NCBI GenBank assembly: GCA_030770535.1
Contig: JASVEC010000017.1
Coordinates: 620,001-684,000, forward strand
Source: Batkoa obscura
Taxonomy: Eukaryota
Reading direction: 5' to 3'
Length of the DNA stretch: 64,000 nucleotides
The translations under genes were made by a program, and so were the position numbers. The first letter of the stretch is position 1. The number at the start of each line of letters is the position of its first letter. The notes under the pieces were generated by a model, which was not told where the DNA came from, ran no database searches, and was given only the letters and a program-made list of their open reading frames with translations. Below, piece after piece: positions 1-11,876 of the stretch.

Positions 1-1236
1 CTTATTTGAATCAAGCCCATTTCTTCTCAACCATCGTTCTGGTAATGGTTTCCTTGGTTTTAATTTTTCACTATTAAAAATAGAGCTTGATCTACCAGCT
101 CCATTACTATTATGAGTATTATTAATTGCTTTTGATTGTAATATTTTTAATACAGAATTAATATCTAATAAACCTAATTCACTTAATGCTGGATTAGTAA
201 ATTTATTTCTTGGTAATTTAATAGCTCTAGATTCTTCTTTTTTAATTGGATAAACTTCATCATTGGGTTGTAATCTTCTTGGATATTCTGCATATTCATA
301 ACAAAAGAAATTGATTTTAGAATTAAATGTTGAATATACATTTCGATTAAATGGTTTTAATAAATCATTCACTGATACTCGAAAATTATTAAATGCAAAT
401 CCTTCATATTTAAAGTTGTATAAATTCCTCTTTTTCAACCAAAGATCATAAATTAAATCAACAAAAGCATGATGTAAATAGAATAAAGGGTCATTAGGAG
501 AAATCGAAATACCAAAATCACCTGGATCAGAACCGATAGCAGTATGAGGGGAACCGTGAGCCATTTCCAATTCATAACTAAAATCTGAAAATAAATTCAT
601 ATTTGTTAAAAATAACACTTCTTCAGGATTAGGAAAAGGTGAACAAACTTCCCCTTCATCATATCTTCTTGATAAACAATGAGGATAATCTACTAAAGTC
701 ATCCAATTTTTAAATGGTCCTGATTTCACACAATAACCTTGATGTTTATCACCTTGTCCACCCATATAATAATCCGTTAATACAGGACTATTTTCTGGAT
801 GACGAGCATCATGAGACCAATCCCAATAAGGTAATACAATATTTTGATCAATTTTTTGTAATTCTAATTCAAATAAACGAATGTAATATCGATGCCATGG
901 AAGAAAGGCAGGTACCCCATGAGCTATATCATAATAACTTACATGTAATCGTACCATTTTTTCAAATTTTGTATACCGTTCATTAGGCTTTCTTTCATGT
1001 AATTTATTAATAGCATACATTAATCTATTATAATCTTCTTTACTTAAATCTCGTATTTCTTGTCTCAAAGCTGGTTTAATACATTGACCATTCTGGATAA
1101 TAGCCGAATTGTTATTACGATAATTCACAATAAAACCTAATCGCATTTCTTCTTCCATTGTTAAACTTTGAGTTTCATGGAGGAGTAATAATAATACAGT
1201 TACTATTAAATTATTAAGAATAGGAGTCAATCGCAT
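1..1236 (-). CDS. Secreted tyrosinase (di-copper), 3' end runs off the window
   Basis: Not in the ORF track. Manual translation from ATG 1236: MRLTPILNNLIVTVLLLLL (signal peptide)...RQEIRDLS...HVSYDIAHGVPAFLPWHR (CuA)...LPYWDWS...HGSPH...SPNDPLFYLHHAFVD (CuB)...FCYEY. No intron seen in the visible part. Confidence 0.92.
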   Translation of the reverse strand, partial: MRLTPILNNLIVTVLLLLLHETQSLTMEEEMRLGFIVNYRNNNSAIIQNGQCIKPALRQEIRDLSKEDYNRLMYAINKLHERKPNERYTKFEKMVRLHVSYYDIAHGVPAFLPWHRYYIRLFELELQKIDQNIVLPYWDWSHDARHPENSPVLTDYYMGGQGDKHQGYCVKSGPFKNWMTLVDYPHCLSRRYDEGEVCSPFPNPEEVLFLTNMNLFSDFSYELEMAHGSPHTAIGSDPGDFGISISPNDPLFYLHHAFVDLIYDLWLKKRNLYNFKYEGFAFNNFRVSVNDLLKPFNRNVYSTFNSKINFFCYEYAEYPRRLQPNDEVYPIKKEESRAIKLPRNKFTNPALSELGLLDINSVLKILQSKAINNTHNSNGAGRSSSIFNSEKLKPRKPLPERWLRRNGLDSNK

Positions 1237-1578
1237 TTCTTATTTTGTATTAATAAAAGTAAAGTAATAATAAGGAATCTTTTTTTTAAAAAAAAAGTAA
1301 TCAACTAGCTGAGTTTATTCATTTTAATATTCTTCAATGTTGATCTTTTGAGTTATTTTTAAGAAAATTTCAAAAGTTTAATTGACATTGACGATTAATA
1401 AAATTTGACTAAATTTGGAAAATATTTTATATTCTTAAAATTTGCAAGATCAACTTCCAAATCATCTGTCAATCTAAAGATTATTAATATTGATATCAAG
1501 AAAGATAATAATTTATTATCATTGATTATTTACTATTGTATCAAATTTTAGTTTATTTTTTATTTATTAATATCTTTA

Positions 1579-2905
1579 ATGTTATTAAAAAATCATCAAA
1601 TATTCAGCTTCTTTTTAGTATCTTTATACTATCTATTAACGATAGAAGCCCAAAAATTAAGTATCAAATGTCGGAGCCCAAAACTACGTAAAGAAATTCG
1701 AGAACTAACAAATGAAGAGTATTTTCGATATATCAATGCAATAAAAAAGTTGCATAGTCGACCCTGGAAAGATCGATTATCCCAATATGAACGATTTAGT
1801 AAAACTCATGTTGAAAATAAACCATATGCTCATTCTAGACCTGCTTTTTTACCCTGGCATCGTCGATTTTTAAGAGAATATGAATTAGCATTACAAAAAA
1901 TTGATCCACGAATCATTTTACCTTATTGGGATTGGACCTTGGATTCAGATGAACCTCATTTATCACCCGTGTTGAGTAATAAATATATGGGTGGTAATGG
2001 TAATAGTAGTATTGGATGGTGTATCGGGGATGGTCCTTTTTCTAATTTCAATTTGAATTTCCCAGATCCACATTGTTTAAAGAGAAGTTATAATAATGGA
2101 GATAAAATTAAATCATTTGCAACTACAGAACAATTTGTTGCTTTATTAAATGAAAAAAACTTTTCATTTTTTTCTAGAAGATTAGAGTTATATCATGGGG
2201 GACCTCATAATGGCATTGGTGCTTATCCTGGTGATTTTGCACCTATGCATTCACCTAATGAGTAAGTTTATGAAGTTTAATTTTAGTTTGAATATTATTA
2301 ATTATTAATTATTAATTATTAATTGAATTGTTTTTTATCTTAGTCCCATTTTCTTTTTACATCATTGTTTTATTGATATGATATGGTGGCAATGGCAACA
2401 AAAATTCCCTGAATCGGATCCATATGATGGTAAGAAATATCGTAAGATAGTTCACGGAAAAGATATGTTACCCCCCTTTAAAACCAGTGCAGAATCTACC
2501 TTTGATACAGAACATCCTTATTATTGTTATAAATATCCAGAATATCCAAGAAGAATTCAAGTAGCTACACCTGGTAGTGGCTCCCCAGGAGCAAGAACAG
2601 TGAAACCACCAAGAATTGGGGCTAATCCAGTCTTAGATAAATTTAAAGGACAAACATTAGATGAATTATTATTATCGTTGAAATACGAAACTAAAAAATC
2701 GGGTAGAACTTTAGATTTAAAAGCTTTATTAGATAAAAAATTAGGTAAAGTTACTAAAGTTCCTCAATTGGCACCATTACCTAAAAAATGGTTAGAAGAA
2801 AATGGATTTGATGAAGAAGAAGCTAGAGAAGAAGAAGATAAAGCTAATCAATTATCTACTTTATTAGCAACAATGCCAAACTTTGAAGCATTTAATGCTT
2901 TTTAA
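1579..2905 (+). CDS. Secreted tyrosinase, join(1579..2261,2344..2905)
   Basis: Signal peptide, RKEIRELT, HSRPAFLPWHR, LPYWDW, HGGPH. Removing the GTAAGT..TAG intron 2262-2343 restores SPNDPIFFLHHCFID (CuB). CYKY motif, then a C-terminal extension. Confidence 0.93.
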
Positions 2906-3000
2906 TAAGAGAAATAAAAATCAGTTTTTATAAGTAGAAAAAAAAAGAATTGTTTTTATTATTATTATTATTTTTATTATTTTTATTTTTATTAAAAACA

Positions 3001-3636
3001 TTAAGCTTGTTTAATAATTGGTACAATAACTGTTGGGCTTTTTAATTTAGATTCTCTTTGATTCTCTTTTAATAAACTTGATTTTTGATCTATTTTCTTA
3101 TTCAAGCCATATTCTTTTAATTTCCTAAACTCAATATTACCTTCTTCATCTAATATTTCCCCCATCCATAATGAACCATAATTCTCTTGTTTAGCTACCC
3201 CAATGACTTTCCATTGATTTCCACTATAAGCTTCTCTATTTAATAAGAAATTAGAAATTGGATTAACTTCTTCTTTCCATTCATTAAACAATACTTCCAC
3301 TCCCGAACTTCCATCAAATGTAATTTCATACCCTTTGTTTTCATAATTAGCTAATTCTAATGGTTTGTTCCATGTACAATTATAAGAAGTCGATACACTA
3401 CATAAAAGTTCCCCTCCCCAATCTAAACTACCGGAGGGGATAGATGGGTTCTGGTTAAGGTTTTTCACGTGGGCAGATGCAGTTTGGGTTAGCTTTGAAG
3501 AGGTGGTGAGCGGCGAGAGACTATTTTCTATCCGTAATGTGTTGATTTTTTCAATTAATGAAGTGGAGAAATCGTCCGCTTCAATTAATGAAGTTAATAA
3601 GATAATGCTAATGAGTCTTAATGAGATTAATTTCAT
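3001..3636 (-). CDS. Secreted CAP/SCP-domain protein, divergent
   Basis: Signal peptide; INTLR...L..S.KL...A..H; CTWNKPLELANYENKGYEI; WKVIGVA. Paralogue of the genes at 5666 and 28799. Intronless. Confidence 0.8.
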   Translation of the reverse strand: MKLISLRLISIILLTSLIEADDFSTSLIEKINTLRIENSLSPLTTSSKLTQTASAHVKNLNQNPSIPSGSLDWGGELLCSVSTSYNCTWNKPLELANYENKGYEITFDGSSGVEVLFNEWKEEVNPISNFLLNREAYSGNQWKVIGVAKQENYGSLWMGEILDEEGNIEFRKLKEYGLNKKIDQKSSLLKENQRESKLKSPTVIVPIIKQA

Positions 3637-4281
3637 TTTGATGTTTTTGTAGTAATGTAAATTAATTAATAAAGTTTCTTTTAAAATTCCAGTTCTAAAA
3701 GAAAGATGATATTAAATATAATATTTATAAGAAAAAAAGATAATTATTTCTATTCATTTTAATTTATTTTATAGTATCAATTAATTCATCATCTTTATTG
3801 AATACTATTTTTATAATTAATGTTATTGACTTATTTATAAAATAATTGAATGAATGAATTTATTATTAATCTGGTTTTTGTTTTTATTTATAAATTTAAT
3901 TAAATAGAACATTTGAAATTAATTAATTAAAGTGAATATTTAAAATCTTCATTTTATAACATTAATATATCCTTTTCTCAATTTTTTCTATGTTTAATAA
4001 ATAAAAAGATAGATTTTTAATTAGTAAACTTTTTTCATTTTTAATAGGACTAGAGACATTTTAGAAAATTAATATTAAATCCATCAATTCCAATTCTATT
4101 GATTTAATTAATAGCCCAACAGAAAATTTATTTCAAAATTTAATCTAAAGATAAAAGTTAATCATCAAAAAAATAATTTCCAAGTAATTGAATTCTAAAA
4201 ATTATCACTAAAAAACTTGCAAAAGAGTAGCAAGAATTGAATAAAAAAATATCTCATTTTCAATGACAAAGAGACTTTATA

Positions 4282-4354
4282 TGGAGAACCCGGGCATCGA
4301 TCCCGGTGCCTCTCGCATGCTAAGCGAGCGCTCTACCATCTGAGCTAGTTCCCC
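4282..4354 (-). tRNA. tRNA-Ala (AGC)
   Basis: Reverse complement GGGGAACTAGCTCAGATGGTAGAGCGCTCGCTTAGCATGCGAGAGGCACCGGGATCGATGCCCGGGTTCTCCA folds as a cloverleaf; anticodon arm CTCGC-TTAGCAT-GCGAG. Confidence 0.97.
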
Positions 4355-4595
4355 ATTGAATACTTATTAAATATTTAAATAATAAAATAAGCGTTTTTTT
4401 AAAATTGCATTAATTAATATAAAATGTGTTTTATAAAATAATGCACTTTTAATAAGTAATTCTATAAATGTCCACATTTTTTAATTGGCATAGAAATGGG
4501 ACTTTAAATAATGTATTACTAAGTTTTTTTTGTAAAATTCTAAAGATCAACTATAAAAAAAATTACATTAATTATCGTTTAAAAATTCACTATAT

Positions 4596-4694
4596 GGGGG
4601 TGTTTTTTTTGATTTCATTATTTTTTCCATTTTTTAAGCGCTATTTGAGCGGAAAGATTGTTAGTAAAATTCTTAAACAAAAAAATACACCCCC
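4596..4694. mobile_element. MITE family A copy (~97 bp), ATAT target duplication
   Basis: GGGGGTGTTTTTTTT...AAAAAAATACACCCCC imperfect terminal inverted repeats, flanked ATAT/ATAT; internal AAGCGCTATTTGAGCGGAAAG...TAGTAAAATTCTTAAAC shared with the other copies. Confidence 0.88.
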
Positions 4695-5665
4695 ATATAT
4701 AAATTATGTTTACAAGACTATCAATTTTTAAATTTAAGAATATTATATTTCTATTATAATGGATAAATAATAACAATAAAAATTAAAAAACATTAGTTTT
4801 TTTAGTTGTAGTCAATATAAATATTTTAGTTTTAAACTATAAAAAAGTTTAAAGTTTTTAATTGAAAAAAAATAAAAGGGACTTGATAAAACAAGTTAAT
4901 TATTTTCAAGCGATTACCTTATAGAGAGGAAATAAGAATTCTTTATAGATTTTATTAAATATAAAAATTATCCTTTTTGATTCTTTTTTCATTTTAGCAT
5001 TTTTTAATTTTAACTTGTTTACTATTTTTAATATATACTATCAATTCAAAAAACTAGCAACGTGTTTAATTAAAAATTGTTAAGTGGTGTCAGCATAAGA
5101 AGCATAGTAAATAGTTTTAATCTTATTATAATAAACCTTTGAGCACAATTAATTTAATAGTAGCTTGAGTAATCTAATTTTTACTGCTTTTTAAGTTCAA
5201 AGTTATAACTGATGAGCTGTTTTTATTGCACGAGAAGCCAAGTAAATAGTTAAGAATAGGGTGATCATTAGAATAAAAATATAGGTAACTAAGATAAGGT
5301 AAAATCAAAATGTAAAATAGACCAGGGACTTCGTTAAATAAATAATATTAGCCATTGACAAGGGTTTTTAAAAAAGTAAAGGGAAAATGTATTATGTATT
5401 CTTATGAAAACAGTTTACTATAGGCAATAACTTAATAACGAACTTATTTTTAATTTTTGAAAATATAAACTAAAAGTGAATTAGACTAAATAAGTGAAAT
5501 AAACCAAAACAGCGGATACGAGGAAATAGCAGGGATTAATGAAATCAAAGTTACTTGAGGCAATTAATGAGGGTTGGTAACTTTCAATAAAAACTATATA
5601 AAAAGAGAAATAGATAACAAAGTTTAATAAAATTAAAAAGCTTTAGATAAGTTATCCAATTCAAA

Positions 5666-6661
5666 ATGCTGTATTTGATTGTTTTAATATTGGTTATCTT
5701 TCAACTTGTTGTGAGCGGTGCTGCAACTAAGGAAGATTTAGAATTTTCATCAGAAGTTTATAAGTTACTAGTAAAAGCAAGAGGCGGAAAGGAAGTTAAA
5801 TATAGTCCAAATTTAGCAAAAGTAGCACAACTCCATGCTGAAGATTTAAATAGCCATCATAACATAAAACAAAGATATTGTAATATGCATTCTTGGTATA
5901 CTACGGGTGATACCAATTGTTGTTACACTGAAGACCATGGACAAGCTAAATGTATGTGGGAGAAGCCAAAACAATTTAGTAACTACCAATCCAACGGTTA
6001 TGAAGTAGCTTATTTTGGTAAAGGTTATGGTATTGGTCCACAATCTGTAGTTGATGGATTTTTGAATTCAAAGGGTCATCGTGTGGTGATTTTAAATGAG
6101 GGCGATTGGAAGAAAGAATGGAATGCTTGTGGTGTAGGACACAAAGGTGGGTATACTACCATTTGGTTTGGTCATGATGAGGATAAAGAAGCTAATAAAA
6201 ATTTCAAATATCCAACTTATGATGAAATCCCAGCTTACCCAATCCAATCTTCCAGTGAATCTATTAGTAATGCTCCAACTCCAACTCCTACCCCTTCATC
6301 TTCTACTCCTAATACTCCTACCAGTTCTACCACCCCTATCGCTGTTATCACTCCACCTCCCTCTACTTCTACTATTTCTGTTACTGATATCACTCCCACC
6401 GCTACTAGCTCAACATCTGCTTCTACCTCTGATACTATATCCTCTACTATCACATCTTCTGCTACCATTGAAACTTCTGCATGCCCACAACCTAGCGTAG
6501 CTGCTTTTAAAAGGGAAGATTTTAAAGGAGATATATGGTATAAACAAGGAGATCAATGGAAATATCTACCCCCATTAACTTGGGTCGTTGATGAATCGAA
6601 AAATCGAGGTTATTTCAAAGCAGCAGAGTCGTTTAAATCTACTTATAGTTATATCGTTTAA
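5666..6661 (+). CDS. Secreted CAP/SCP protein with Pro/Ser/Thr linker and small C-terminal module
   Basis: Signal peptide; LAKVAQLHAEDL...CNMHSW...CCYTEDH...CMWEKPKQ..Y..NGYEVA...NSKGHRVVILN...W.ACGVG; S/T/P-rich stalk. TATAAAA about 70 nt upstream. Confidence 0.9.
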   Translation: MLYLIVLILVIFQLVVSGAATKEDLEFSSEVYKLLVKARGGKEVKYSPNLAKVAQLHAEDLNSHHNIKQRYCNMHSWYTTGDTNCCYTEDHGQAKCMWEKPKQFSNYQSNGYEVAYFGKGYGIGPQSVVDGFLNSKGHRVVILNEGDWKKEWNACGVGHKGGYTTIWFGHDEDKEANKNFKYPTYDEIPAYPIQSSSESISNAPTPTPTPSSSTPNTPTSSTTPIAVITPPPSTSTISVTDITPTATSSTSASTSDTISSTITSSATIETSACPQPSVAAFKREDFKGDIWYKQGDQWKYLPPLTWVVDESKNRGYFKAAESFKSTYSYIV

Positions 6662-7931
6662 TCTATCCTATTGCATTTTTAATTTCTAGTCTTTTTTTAT
6701 CTTTTTTTTACCTGGCTGTAATTAATGATAATAGTTTTTTTTGTGATTAATAAATAAAATTAAATAATTTCATCTACAAGCTAAGAATTTTCATTAAATT
6801 GTTTTAAACTTATGATATTTAAATTTTATTAATTAACTTTTACAATAAATCTAAATGAGGGCAGGTATGTTGGAATGCAATATATTTGATAGCAACTTAA
6901 CTATTTTAGATGGGAACTTTTATTCTACAATGGGTATTTAAAAAATAGCCCTATTTTTTTTTTGCAAAAGGAATTTTTGCCAATGAAAGTAGATTCTTTA
7001 AATTGTACATTTCGTCCTAAGACACATTTATAAATCAAGAACATTGTTGCCCAATAAAGTGCATAAATTAATTATGGAAGCAAATTTTGAGCTAATTTTC
7101 AACTAAAAATTTCTCAAGTAAACATATTAGATTATAATTTTATTTTCATTGGGTTGGATAAAACGTTAAGTTATAGTTAAAATTCCCAGACTTAAGGATC
7201 AAATTACTCAAAATGACTTATATGAGCTAATAATTGAAATAGTGCTATTTTAATTATATCAAGTAAAGCTATGAATAAAAATCCGGATACTATTAAGTTC
7301 ATTTATTTTCAAGCTCTATTTAATACGCTTTATATCTTTAAACACTGTAAGTTTTTAATGGCATTGCTCCACTATTGAAAAATTAAATTAAATTAAATTA
7401 AATTTCTCAAATCTTTAATTTGGTTGCAAAATTATTGCACTAAATACTAGAAGAAAAATTAACTAGTAATCCCCTTCTACAAACGAATAAAAGTCGTTGA
7501 AACTAACTATAAATTGTTTAAAATATATTAGTTAATTAAATTTGGATGTTATATTAAGTCAGATTAAATTTAGTTTTCTTATATATTTAGCATTTTACTA
7601 TCTATATCTAGTTTACATTTTGTTCGCATTATCTATTAAACATTCCATTTTGGTCTTCGGCTTACTGGAGGGTATTTTATTCTTTAATTGAGATTATCCG
7701 AAAATCACCATAAATGAGAAGAAGCGTAAGGGCACCAGGACCAAACATTGAGTAAATGCAGTAGACTAACATTATATAATGTCTTCTAAAACTACAAGCA
7801 TATAAGCTAGTACTTTCTTTAGCGTATGGGCTATTTAGCAGTATTTATTAGTCCTTTTAGTTAAAATATTTTGGCTTTAGTGTTATAATTTCCAACAAAA
7901 ATAATATGAGTATTTTAAATTCAATAGAATA

Positions 7932-8093
7932 CAGCTATTGCAACTCTATTGTGACCTAATAAACTATTTATTTAAGAATAAAATTGTCTAAAATCAGGCC
8001 GAATTTAAAGATTCATACTAAGAAAACCTAACAAATAAACAACTGTTTCTAAAAATCACAGTAACTTAAGTCGCAATAGAGTTGTAACAACTG
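7932..8093. mobile_element. Tc1/mariner-pogo type MITE (family C)
   Basis: TA-CAGCTATTGCAACTCTATTGTGAC...GTCGCAATAGAGTTGTAACAACTG-TA: imperfect inverted repeats of about 40 bp with a TA duplication. Confidence 0.75.
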
Positions 8094-10606
8094 TAAGGAA
8101 TAAAATAAAGGGGAAAAAGAGGCCAATAGAGGCCAATAATGGGATAAATAAAAACATAGAAAAAGTCAAAGAATCAAGCATAAAAGTTCCTAGTAAAAAG
8201 ATAATCACAAATTACTATGTATTATAAAACTATTATTTAAATCTCTCATCTTTATCAATTATTTAAGATACATTTTATTACCATTTAAAAATTTGTCTTC
8301 AAACAAAAGTGGCAAAAGTTTTGCCATAAATTTTAAATAAAATCACATGTTAATAAAAATAAAGATTTCATCTATCCATAAATATCCTTATTTTTAAAGA
8401 ACCTCTTTCATTGGTTAATTATAAGATGATATTTTATTCTATGGTAATGAAGGGCGGAAAATTGTTACATTTATAATTAATTAAATTGTATCACCATTAA
8501 TATTTACCTTAGTGATAGAATAATGAAAAAATAGTGTATAGGTATGGTAAAACATACGATTCACGATGCTTATAAAACATTTTTTTATCGTCTTTTAAAG
8601 AGAGTATATTATAGAGTCGGTTTGTAAGTAGAATTGGAGTTTAATTGTTAATATATTGTTGTAGTAGTATAACTTCATATTATATGTTACAAATTGACTT
8701 AAAAATTTAAAAACCATTGGGTTTTAAAAAATAAACTACTTTTAGGAACTTAGATTTAAGGTGGTGATAAGTTCCGTTATTCCGGAATTTGCGAACACGG
8801 CTTGTCTATGTGATTATACTACTCATATTTTAAATATACATGTTGTAGGGCCATTTTTCACGTTTGTTTTTTGTAATGCCTTAATGAATTTTTAAAATTA
8901 TTATACCATAACTCTGCTGTTATATATTAAATTTTAATTATTTTACCATAATTAATCAAGTTGAGCTGTTTATTTATTTAAATGGAAACTACATTTTATT
9001 TATTTGTTACTAATGTATATAGTATAAAGAATAAATTTTTTAATTAAATGTGGGATGTTTATTATGCCCTGGGTATTATTTTACTTTAAAAATTTTATAA
9101 GGAGAGAGTATAGTAAAAAATTATGATAGATAATCAAGAATAAGGTTATCGGCATCCTGCCTAGAAAATATAAAAAACTGCTTGATTTGGATGGCACTAA
9201 AGAATTATGAAAGAATCAAGTGAGCAATATTATTAGACAATGGATAATCTCCACATTTAATCACAATATTTTAAAATATTTATTTTTTCGTCATTCTTTA
9301 AGAGTACAAATCCGTCTGTTTAATAAAAATAAAAACACCATTTTTAATTTGATTTTTCAAAAACGGTGTATGATGTTGATATTTAATTTAAATACTCCCG
9401 AAACAATAAAATAATAAACAGTAAGTGGTGGAAAATATCTTTAAAAATAGAGGCAAGGATTTGGCTCTATTCCATTTTTAGTAGAAATGGGGGCTAATTT
9501 TAGGTTTAGCTCGTTTTTACAAAAGTACTGCCATAGTAATTAAGGCATAAATGTAGTTAAATTTGTGCCTGAGTGGTGTAAAATATCTTAGTGGTAAATA
9601 GTTCTTTAGTTATTATATTGAAAAAAAACAACCAACAGTATAATTCTATATACTGGGTATACTAGATGATATTTGTAATAATATAATTTTATATAAGGGA
9701 CATATTAGACAATATTCAATTAATGATATAATATTCATAGTTATTTTTAATAAATTATCAAGTTAAAAATATATTTGTCTAGAAAAGTAATAAGCCGTTT
9801 TAAAATTGTTGGTAAACATAATATTTTATTGATACAAATGACTGTCACTTATAATATATTAAAACTAACATTAAAACTAGTATTAAAACTAATATTAAAA
9901 CTAATACTTAGCTTCCACATTTATGACAGAAATGATCTTAATAAAGTTAGTTATAAATTATTATCATTTTAAATTTTAGTTGACTTGTTTATGATAATCT
10001 AAAAATAATAAATGTTGAATATTTAAATTAAACTATCCTATAGTTTAATGGTGCAAGTGTGATAGTGGTAATAATACTCTAAATCAATTGAAATAGTAAT
10101 AACCTTCCTTTATTACTAGTTTTGCTTATTTGCTTTTATTAAAACTAAAGTATATTAAGCGAAATCATTGAAGAATTACCATGTAATATTATGAAACAAG
10201 AATATGGACTCATTATGTAGGACTAGATTTTTGCCGTATTATTTCAATAAAAGTATATGAATGAGAATTCATTATAAAAAGAGGTCAATAAGAAATAGAA
10301 AGCTAAAAAAAGTAAAGCTTCTCAATTTTGTCAACTAATTAAGAAAGGGAAAAAAAGAAACTCGAGCAATAGTATTATTTGATTGATTTCAACTTAAATT
10401 ATAAGAATTAGTGAATAATTTATAATCAAATAGATAGAAATAAAATATTATTTTATCATCAGCTTATTATCCAATTGAAAGCGAAATTTAATTTAATAAT
10501 AAGTTAAGAAATCAACTGGTTTATTACTAGTCACTGTAACCAAAGTTAAAATATAAAAAAAAGGCATTCCTTATTTTTTTCTTTTGTTTTCATAAATTAG
10601 AAAAGA

Positions 10607-11704
10607 ATGAATACTTTAAAAGAGGGAGACTACAGCTTACAGGTATGTGATCAATGCCACAATAAGAGAATAAAATGTGACAGAGAAATACCACAATGTC
10701 AACAGTGTCAAGACAAAGGGTTATCATGCACATATTTAAGAGTATTAAAGCAAACCAAGCAATTGTATTCAAATAGAGTCGCCATTTTACCTTTAGGCAG
10801 GTTACCAAATCAACCTACTCGTAAAAGAAGATCAAAAAAAGAACTATTAGCCCTGAAAACCAAAAATGAAAGTTCGGATGGAAACAATATTACAATTAAT
10901 GCTAAGAGTAATACTAAAAGTGACAAGAATAACAAGAGTAACAAAAATAGTTTAAGTGTTATTACCAATAAGTAATTTTTACTTTGATTTTTACATTATG
11001 TTTATTAACTAATTTGATATAGTGTGAGTATAAAAAAAAGGCATACTGGGATGATAAAACATGAGTTACTGGATAGGCCAGTAGTAAAAGAGGAATATAG
11101 ACCGATTCCAATATTAAAAGGAATTGAATCAATAATATATCCAGATGAGCATATATCCATAATAGCATCTTCAATCCAAGTTTATTTTAATATAGTTAAT
11201 ATTAAGTTACCATTGTTTATTAAAAATCAATTTTTTAACAAAAAACGCAGCAATTTGTTAATGAGTATGATTTATATATCTGGGCTAAAATTAATAAACA
11301 ATAAGAATAAGAAGAACAAACGACTTGTCAACATGTTAATTGAAGAGTATCAACAATCTATATATAAAATGATAAACATCCAACAATTAAATAATATCGA
11401 TACCATACAAGCAATATTGATAAATAAATATTTGAATTTAAGTTTAATACCAAATAGTATATGTAATGTAGTATTGAACGCAGCTATGCAATTAGGATTG
11501 GGCTTGAGACCTAATGAAAATTTAAAATTGAAATATTGTTCAATAATAGAACGTAAATTAGCATATCTGTTAATATTAAGATATTACTTTTTAAACCATA
11601 TTCCAGTAATCACACCACACAAGTCTTGGTATCGATATGAACTAATTGCATCTAAGGCCAAGGCCAAGGCCAAAGCTAAAGCTAAAGCTATTGAGTCAGA
11701 GTAG
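10607..11704 (+). CDS. Zn(II)2Cys6 transcription factor, join(10607..10971,11023..11704)
   Basis: CDQCHNKRIKCDREIPQCQQCQDKGLSC; GT..AG intron 10972-11022 joins the two ORFs in frame; downstream YFNIVN..LPLF region resembles the fungal TF middle domain. Confidence 0.85.
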
Positions 11705-11845
11705 AAGTGAGTTCAACGACATTGTTAATAATTCAAATTTTCAGTTTATAATTAATCAACTTGGGATTCATAAATATTGATTGTTTTATTATTCTAATTT
11801 GGTCAAAATTTAAAAGTATACTTTTTTTGATTTTTCTTATCCTCT

Positions 11846-11876
<31 letters not shown>

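Noticed and set aside
714..986. 90-aa + strand ORF
   Set aside because: Antisense shadow of the minus-strand tyrosinase.
4468..4731. 87-aa ORF
   Set aside because: Runs through a family A MITE and AT-rich DNA; no protein features.
9861..9908. 12-bp tandem AAAACTA(A/G)(C/T)A(T/C)T x4 and the overlapping 65-aa ORF
   Set aside because: Short minisatellite with no evidence of function.
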